Positions 55,225-64,000 of a stretch of DNA of 64,000 nt are shown in pieces. Each line of letters opens with the position of its first letter. Positions within the stretch are counted from its first letter, which is position 1. Source of the stretch: Blasia pusilla (taxonomy: Eukaryota); NCBI GenBank assembly GCA_050084515.1, contig CM114271.1, positions 45,012,001 to 45,076,000 of the forward strand, written 5' to 3'. The translations under genes were made by a program, and so were the position numbers. The notes under the pieces were generated by a model that was not told the origin of the DNA, did not search any database, and was given only the letters and a program-made list of their open reading frames with translations.

Positions 55225-57915
55225 TTCTCCCTAGCTAGTGGTTAGGTCCCTCTAGCTCAAGATAGCCTATAAAATAAGTCTACATGCCATGCATCTTCTA
55301 GGCGCTAAGATCAGGAGGTGTGGTGTTATGTGGCCTCATCATTAGTCACCTTCTTGCAATCCATAACATCAATACTCCTATCCTCGTTCAAAAGATGACA
55401 TGGTACACAATTATGCATATGATCTTTCCAAACAATACCATCATGATCCTCTAAAATAAGGACTCTTGAAGGTAAAATCTCTCGTACTCATAAAATAGTG
55501 CATCCCAGCATCACATCCAATGTCATCAACGCCATATAATGTAGGTAGACATAATTTCTAAGATGGAATCATCATATCCTTGGTCAATAGCCTCCTCCAC
55601 GCTTGATCACGTAGCTTAGAGTATTAAAATTTTGAGCGATAATTAGATTCTAAAACACCATAGCCATGACTTTCTGGAAGAGGTCAGCCCGTTGAAAACA
55701 CGCTTGCATCCATACGTCTGGATCATCAAGGTCAAGTACCTCAAACACATCTTGTCAAGTAGCTGATGGTAAATCTAATTCTTCCCCATAGAGCAAGAAA
55801 TATGATGAAAATAATGCCTAGGATGCATACCGACTAAAGCGATAATCCATTCCTAACCACGATAATTGTAGGTCCCAATCTACTAAGTATCCTCTTTGCA
55901 GCCCATGCTTGTACATTCACAATCCTCTCTTCATTGTTTGCATAACTCTCTTTGCCAAACCATCTCCCTCTAAATGATCTTGAGAAGAAGTACAATGATG
56001 TATTAGCGTCTGATCATAAAAGGCCTAAAATTCACCCCTAAACTTAGTACCTTGGTTTGTCAACACCTCCCCTAGTGTGCCCAAATGACCAAGCACTATA
56101 TCAAGAAATGCATAAGCCACTCCCTCACTTGTCCGGAAAAACTACCAACTCAATCCACTTGGAGAAGTGCTCCACCATGACCAAAGCATACCGACTATGG
56201 CGTCCTATCAATGGTAAAGGCGTTGCAAAGTCTAACTCCAATGATACCCTAATCCCATGATAAATAAAGGATGGAAGTGTGGTGTCGGAGCATTGAATGA
56301 TGTCTGCATCCTATCACATACAATGCATCTGGCTACAAATTTTTGAACATGAATTTGCATACCATGCCATCAATATTGAATCTGAAGCAAGCTATATATA
56401 CATTAGACTACAAAATGACCAGAATCCTTGAGAACATGCCTCACGATTCGTGATTGCTATGAAGGATCCGACACCATCCGCACTCATCCATCCTCCTAAA
56501 CTTGAAGCACATACGTTCTCTTCCACCTAAACCTCTTGACTCACTATGGAACTCAATCCCACTCTCTAGCACCCACCATGCTTGCTAAGAAACCATTGTG
56601 TAGGTACTCCAAGACCATCTCATTATCATGGATGTCTAGGAGTCCTTGTCAATTCCTCACTAGCATCCGGATCTGAGGACTCACCATCCAACCTCCCTCT
56701 TCGAGTGGATGCCTCATGCTAACATCACATAGCCAACCAAAAAAGAGAAAATACATGCCAACCGGACACCATCTCCTCATCACTCTCACCATGCCACCAC
56801 GATCCAATTGCTCTAGCTCGTACATGGGTTATGGCTCAACCCGTATCCATCTCGGTTCAGATATCTTGGACAATGGAATACTTGAAAAATCATCCTGCTA
56901 AAACAAGATTATCTATCTAGTAAGCTTACCTATACGCTTTTCAAGCTCCATCAACCATCTGAGTGGTTGATGATGAGTGATGAGCATGAAAGGGTTCCCG
57001 AACCAAAAACATCTGCAGTGGGCCACTGCCCACATTGTAGCTAAGCACTCCTTCTTATAGGAATTTTACTTTGCCTTCACAATGTTGTTTGAGTGGCTCG
57101 TATATGCCACTACAAACTCCTTCCCTCATCATCTCACTAAATAAGCACAACTCTGAACCCCAACATACTCTAGTCTATATATAACTAAAATAGACGACCA
57201 AGCATATGTCTCCTAATAATGGGCGAGGACGTCAACCTTTCCTTGAGCTCTTGAAATGATTTAATACTCATTCTTGATCATCTCCCTAAAACCATTGCTA
57301 GTCAAGCCTAACTAGCAAAGTCAATGCCTTTGCAATTGCACTAAAACCTTCCACATACAGTCACTAGTAGTTCATTAATCCCATAAAAGCTTGAAATCGA
57401 CTCACATATGTAGGGATGGAATCCATGCTATGGCCTCCATCTTTGTTTGCTGAACTCCAATCCACTGTAGATATTGGTATGTTAAAGGTACTCAATCTGG
57501 TCATGAAAGAACCTATATTTGTCTAGACGTAACTTCAACCCATGTAACCGCAATTGTTGAAACACCTCCTCCAAATGTCTCTCATGCTCCTAAACCATGG
57601 CATAAAACACAATAATTTCATTGATGTTATATCTCAAGAAATCTAGACTAGCCAAAATCCTATCCATAACTCGTTGAAACTCTGCATGGGTGTTCCTCAA
57701 CCCAAATGGTAAGAACCGCCACTGATACAAACAATCCTTTTTAAAAAGATCTATCCCCCCAAAAATTTCTTCTCCTTGTCATCAACGTGAATGGGAAACT
57801 GATGATAGCCAACATGTACGTCCAGAAAATGAAAGATCTTTACATGCCCCACTGCATCAAAGATCTACTCGGGAATAGACATAGCATAACGATCGGCATT
57901 CATATGCTGGTGGAC
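55225..57915 (-). mobile_element. Gypsy pol remnant (RT - RNase H - integrase) of the same family, on the minus strand
   Basis: The reverse complement gives ADRYAMSIPE*IFDAVGH, FLPFGLRNTHAEFQR, MLITHHQPLRWL, HHCC-type ..GHF..CIVCDR, RYALVMVEHFSKW and VWKDHMHNC, then a PPT-like AGCTAGGGAG. Many stops. Confidence 0.85.
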
Positions 57916-59939
57916 CAGATTGGGGCATAAACTAACCTTGTTTTTCCAGGCTTGGAAAAACAAGTAGACCTAAGAAGACCACTTCAAACATGCCTCCATC
58001 ACTCTCCACGTGAGCCCAATTTTTTTCACGTTGCTATTCTAAACCAGCTATAGAGTAAGCCATCTAGAGTGGGTCTTATTGTTGGAGGACCATCTGCATA
58101 TAATTTTATCAGTACAAAAATTCAAAAAAATGATAGGTGCTAATAAAGATTCTGACTACAGTATCAATAGACTACATTGCCCTTGAGGGTTTTACTTCTC
58201 AATAGATGAGAAAATTATGGACTGTTGATGTAGGACTCTCACCCTCACCATGTTGAGTAGGAGGGCCCTTGATGCATGAAGGCATGAAATATCCCATCCG
58301 ATCGATACAGATCCATCAGATGGGATTTTCCACAACAAAACACTTGAAATCCGCTCAAAGTAAACTCGACCATTTAGCGAGCCAGACTTTCATGAGTCTT
58401 GGATATTGAGAAAGTGGAGGGTTCCAAAAAACTCAGAGGCCACGATTCACTTAGATATGTTGGCTTATGAATGGGTACATGGAGTCTATAGGAGTTTGAA
58501 TCAAACGGGTTACGAACAACTCCAACCGAAGATTAGAGTCTATGAGAGCACGCACACCACACCAAAGGAATAGCAGGAAAAAAATTGGAAAAGGTTGTAG
58601 TGAAGATATTTTCAGGAAAATATTTGCAGTGAAAAGACATTCAAGCAACCCGTTGGTTTCTGAAGGTTTGCAACAACATAAAAGCCTGACTCCAATTTCT
58701 GACGGGTCATATCTAAAATAACATCAAACCATGAGCGTGAAGAGAATTTGGTGCAAAACATTGATTTCTTTATTTAAAACCGTTTGCAAATCGGTTATTT
58801 ACACTTGATTTCCTGAACAAGAGAATCTAGTCTATGATCTCATCAGCCTCATCATCTACAAAAATGTTCCTAACTCTTGCGGGTTCCTCTACAAGTGACT
58901 TCTCTGGGCTAGTCAGTGGCTTTTCTGTAAGATTTTAGATTGGAATTGAGAAGAAAGGAGGATCCAAGAGCCTTGTACCCCTAGAAATCATGTATCGGTC
59001 CAATGTAATACAAGAAAAGTCCCAACACTTGCCCCGACATGTGATTTTGAAGGTTCTGCAAAGGTAAACCCATCGATATCAATATTTGCTCCTCCGCGAG
59101 AACCATCATATGTCAACTCTAAAATGCTTGAAATCCAAGACACCTATACTCACTTGTCATCATCTGGAAGCTCCTCCATAATCACCGGTGGCCTTGCCCT
59201 TCTAGTTTTTGGGATCACTGGTAGTGACGATGGCGTCACAACCACTAGCTCTAATACTGGTTCATTCATCCGTGGAGGCAACTTGTAAACGCCCATCAAC
59301 GTCCAAATCTGACAACTTGCAAGGCATAATGAGTGTGGAAAAACTTGCAAGATGTGACAAATCAAAAGGTAAGAAAAAAAATAATGAAATGAAAAGATAG
59401 AAAATCATGTAGATATGCATGCAACATGTTGAAATCCAACAAGTTGCATGACATGACAAGTGCAGAAAGAGTTGTAAGACATGATTCATCAGAGGAAAAA
59501 AAAATGAGAGGAAAAGAAAGACAATCATCTAAACATGCAATGTGTCAAAATCAAACAAGTTCCAAGACATGTGCATGACAAGTGCATAAATAGTTCTAAG
59601 ACATGACAAATGAGTGGTAAGAGAAGAAAATGAAGGATAAAAGAGGAAAAAGAGATTAACATTCGGACATGTAATTTGTCTGAATCCGATAGGTTGCAAG
59701 ACATCACATCTTCAAAAAGCCATGAAACAATTTGTAAAACAAGATGATAGACATACAAATGAAGAAATGATAGGAAACAGACAAGTTCCATTCAGATATG
59801 AAACTTGTCGGAATCAAACAGGTCGAAATCTGACAAGTAGCTAGTAGGCAGTGTCAAAAAGCATACTTGGTAGAGGGAAAAATCAATTTGCAACGTGTTA
59901 GAATCTGACAACTCCAAGAAAACACATGACCATCACAAC

Positions 59940-61212
59940 CGTGAACCAAGTTGTTGAAGTGGGCTTATGATGGAGTTCAAAGACCATCGCTACATACATT
60001 GGAGGTGATCTTGGATCGAGGGCGACGATCTCAGACTGTTACTTGTGATGATATACCATTGTTGGTAGTGGCCAATTGGTCAGGCTACTAGAGGGCAATA
60101 TGCGTTGCCTACATTGGTGAGTTTTTCCGTCAGCTCATGCTTTTCGTCAAGGAGAACAAGGCATACTATGGGATGAGCGGGAAAATATATTGGTAGAGCC
60201 CAATGCCGAGGAGCGAGAGCAAGTTTTGGGATTCTCTACAAATATAATCGTAGAGGCATCACATAAATAGGTGTTGGGTTAGGCTTTGGACATAAATTAT
60301 CGTACTTGGGTGATTAATCTTGGTTTGGCTAAGCAAGGATAAATGCAAGAAGTATTTGTGACATTATGTCCATTTTGTAGCTCAATATCTATCGAAATGG
60401 GTGAGACAAGAGTAGGGGGCATGATGGTGATGGAGAGGCATCCATGGACTTTATGGGACATGTTACAAGAGCAAAGAGAGATGGGAGTTCATTTTTTTGA
60501 TGCGAGACATAGCGGAGTGCCTAGAGAGTTGGTGCTTGAGTTGGGAGAGTATGTTGTTACTACTCTAGAGGTTACTAGTTAGCTACCACCACTCTTCTAT
60601 GCTATATATAGAGATCATCAATGAGACTTAGAGCCCGATCCCATGGACATGCTTTGAGGTCACGAAGACCCTCATTTTTGCGTCCAAAACAAATCATTTA
60701 CGAGTGGATAATGTAACAAAATTCCGAGTCCCTAATAACTACTTCTAGTCATTACTAGGTCAAGGTTGCTCAACATTGGGCCATTTTTATACCCAAAATT
60801 TTTGAGCGTAGAAAAATTGGCGACCCCCCTATGGTCTCCAACTTGGTGCGCATGGGATTTGGCCCATAATTGGGAGTTACTGATTCGTCCTAGATTGACA
60901 AGAGCCGAGAGGAGACAAGTGTTGCAATTCTTGTAGAGATGAGGGACTATTTTGCATAGAGAATCCATGATTTGGATACGTTGAAGGATCCAAGTATTTG
61001 GATCGAGTCGGATAGTGATATATCCATCTTTCAAAAACCCTACAAGTATTTTGGCATGGAGTGAGCCTTGATTTAGAGCAAGAGTCAATATTTGGTTGAT
61101 GTCAAATTGGTGGAGAGATTGTTTGGAGAGTATGCATCCACCATAATTATGCTAACAAAGAAGGACATGCATGGCCATTCGACCGATAGGCAAATGTGTG
61201 GGGATTACCGTC
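59940..61212 (+). mobile_element. Decayed DNMT-like domain - linker - RT N-terminus (a third DNMT-bearing copy), with an insertion at about 60580-60860
   Basis: AYDGVQRPSLHTLEVILDRGRRSQ..LPTLVSF..AHAFRQGEQGILWDE..LVEPNAEEREQVLGFST..VLG*ALD..TWVINLG; linker RVGG..HPWTLWD; WELLIRPRLTRAERRQ..IFQKPYKY..GEYAS..KKDMHGHSTDRQMCGDYRP. Confidence 0.8.
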
Positions 61213-61631
61213 CGAGGCGCAGTAAGAGGAGAGGAAGAGAGGAAAGAGGAGAGAGGAAACTTCCTTCAACCCAAAGAGATACTTTTTTTTTAAGAGAGTT
61301 TCCTCTAAGTTGAAGAGAGATTTTGTTGGGTTGAAGAGAGGAGGTTTCTTATGTGAACTTATTTTTCAATTTTGTTTTGTGTGCTTAGTCACTTCCTCAA
61401 ATTGGTTTCTCCTCTTTCCCATTTTGATAACCCGTCTGAATCCAACGAGTTGCAACTTGCACTGAAGTAGACAAACTAAAAAAATCATTGGAACAAAACT
61501 TGTCAAACTAATGCTTTTTTCCATCCAAGGTCTGAAAAAGATTTATCATTTTTCCTCAGGTGATTAGAGTTCAAGCTTATAGTGAACATTCTGGCACTGC
61601 AAAGTACACTCTAACACCTCATGTTGCATCC

Positions 61632-62900
61632 TCAGAGTGGTTTGTTTAGGATACTTTGCACTTCTTTGAGGAACAAAATTGGTTGGTGGATTCCTACTCC
61701 CACCTCCAACTCTCTTAAAACTACAAGCAACACATAGTAAATGTGCTTACAAGGGAAATACTTTTTTCTCACTTGTCTCTCTTTGGACAAAGTCATCACA
61801 GGAACATGTGGGAAAACAACAGATGTGTACCACATATACCCCTGTCACACTTGGATTCATAGTGTTGTTCCCAACCCAATACATCCTTCCTATTCAATTG
61901 CCACTATGAACGTCTTTTGTAGCGATGATTTCCATGTTGGCCTCCCGAGTTGATGCGATTCGCTTTGCTCTCTCCACCGTTGGCCTACACATTCTGTTTT
62001 TCTTCATCCCATTTCTAAACTTGAGTATAAATAGTGGATTGATATCATCCACATTCTCCGGATACATGTTGACATCAATCTTGGGTTGGATCCAAAATGC
62101 AAAGATCTATGTAATGCAAACATGCTCCGAACTCCCTCCGTCTATGAGTCTGAAACCAACACTTGTAAGATTGTTCACTTCCTCGTGAGTGCAATTGATC
62201 CCTACAGCAATACGCCTAATCGTGGGGGTATTCCCTGGAGCTCCAATGGTAGTTGGATAAGATGTTCCCAAAGCGCATGATTCATTTGGGCAGAATAAGT
62301 ACTTCAATTGAACCCCGGTTCTCGTAAAATGATCAAAAGTTTTCAGCCCCAAGAAGCCTGGCACTGATCGTCCTGTCCTTGTAAAATTCTTATTTAGGAT
62401 AGTGCCACATGCTCTCCTAAATCCATTTGATCCTGCTCTGCAAGTGGAGCCACGTCCAGGGTTGCTTCGAGAAATATGCCTCCGCTTGAGGTTGCAATCA
62501 ACCTCAATGACCGGAATCCCATACTTTTGAACTTCCACCGAGACTGTCTGTTGGGAAGTTCTAGCAAAAGAGGCATTTTGAAATAAAACATTCATTAATT
62601 TTGAAGGATTTCTTGAATTTGGGAGCAATTCGGTGTCTTCGAATACCTGGGCAGGGTAATTTCATCATCCGAATAAACCACCGGATTCTTTCCTTGATGT
62701 TGACGCTTGACTTGCTTGAAGTCAATATACTATTTTGGTCTCCAAGAGTCTCGCTCAGACTGCTCTACCACCATCTGTATGGGACATCTCAAAACACATC
62801 CACGAATGTCCCCACCAATGTGGACATCTTTCTCGAGAGGAGTTCCACCTACGCATCGGTTGAAGGCTTCCACATACAGTTTTTCATAGATCTTACAGCG
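61632..62900 (-). pseudogene. Frameshifted SWIM zinc-finger / Cys-rich coding remnant, probably from a DNA transposon
   Basis: Joined frames read VYVVHICCFPTCSCDDF...KYFPCKHIYYVL (SWIM CxC..CxH), preceded by a Cys-rich ORF (62107-62628). Palindromic motif repeats flank it. Confidence 0.55.
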
Positions 62901-63169
62901 GCTCTAACATAGAGCTCATAAATTGAAGGGCCCTTTCCCTTGGTTATGCCTTTTGTGAGGAAGATGTGGAATACTGCAGATTGTAGGATTGCTCTTGCTT
63001 GGTCTTGTTGGCATGCCTCAACGAGAGATATTTTTTGACATGTTTGTGATGAACTCTAGGAGGAATGGACACTCTTGGCTCCATTTGTGTTGGGGCAGAG
63101 GGCATTTTTGTGAATGTTCAGTCCCTGCATAGGAGAACTTGTCAATTGAAGGAGGGAACGCCTAAGTGT

Positions 63170-63730
63170 TCAACCCTTGCAACCTGTCGCAATCTGACGG
63201 GTTGCAAGCAAGATACAACTATAGGGACCAAAATCTAGCTGCAAGAAGCATTTAGTTGTAAACAACCAACCCGTCAATAAGAAGTATGAACAGAAATTGC
63301 AACCTCCATGTTGCTGACAACTACCAACGCGGGAGTGGTTCGACGGGTTGCAGCATGTAATTTGCAGGACAAGCAGCAATCCGTCGGAATCTGACGGGTA
63401 GCAAGCAGCTTTTTTCCGAAATGTTCTACTTGCAACCCATCCGAATGGGACGGGTTGCAAGTTGAACTTTTTTCACAAAAAATTACTTGCAACCCATAAG
63501 ATTGAAAGATGATTTTTTTTTGCAAAAAAGTTACTTGCAACCTGTCGGATTCCGATGGGTCGCACCTATATGTTTTTCGCAAAAAATCTGCTTGCAACAT
63601 GTTGGAATCTGACGGGTTGCAACCCGTCGGATTCGACGGGTTTCTTAACTCTGATGCAACCTGTTGGTTCCGATGGGTTGCTTAACCTACCTATTTTTCA
63701 ACCCATAGGATTCCGACGTATTGCAACCTC
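63170..63730. repeat. Array of palindromic motifs (TTGC)AACCCGTCGGAATCTGACGGGTT(GCAA)
   Basis: About a dozen imperfect copies with irregular spacing. Single copies also occur near 58500, 58650, 59680, 59810 and 61430. Confidence 0.8.
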
Positions 63731-64000
63731 ACACTTGGACTGCATACTTGGAGAAAATGGAGAAAACTCAACTGCCGCATGAAGTTTCCCCATTGCCTCA
63801 TGCGAATGGTCCACCAACTAAGCCACAAACACAACTCTTTGTATTTTACCTCAATCGCATGCTTCCTCCACCACACATGAAGCTCTTCTTGGCACTCCAT
63901 GGCTTGTTTCAAGATTTTGCTATCCTTGCAATGTTGAAGTAGAGCTACATGCTCAGTTCTCTTAGTCTACTTGATGCAAGATTTTGTGTAGCGAGTCATG

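Noticed and set aside
63170-63730. Palindromic repeat array as a CRISPR
   Set aside because: Copies are degenerate and irregularly spaced, the context is eukaryotic, and there are no cas genes.

Overview
Eukaryotic plant genomic DNA, probably from a non-seed land plant such as a bryophyte (inferred from gene and TE content). It holds three spliced host genes. The first is a 9-exon secreted acid triacylglycerol lipase (+, 2542-5958). The second is an 11-exon DCD + Kelch-repeat protein (-, 16015-27390). The third is a 10-exon P1B-2 Zn/Cd ATPase of the HMA2/4 type (-, 42232-47872), with a long His/Cys-Cys tail, a GC-AG intron and two 1-bp frameshifts. The intergenic DNA is nested, decayed transposons: a CRE-clade non-LTR element with a restriction-like endonuclease, LTR copies, hAT MITEs with 8-bp TSDs, a Copia remnant, a Gypsy LTR+PBS+gag fragment, and a SWIM-finger element with palindromic repeats. 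The most notable signal is a multi-copy Ty3/Gypsy family whose pol region carries the C-terminal half of a DNMT3-like C5 cytosine methyltransferase directly upstream of RT (three diverged copies) and a PHD finger after the integrase (two copies). This suggests a retrotransposon with its own chromatin writer and reader. All copies here are broken, and the N-terminal catalytic DNMT motifs are not visible. All alignments were done by eye.
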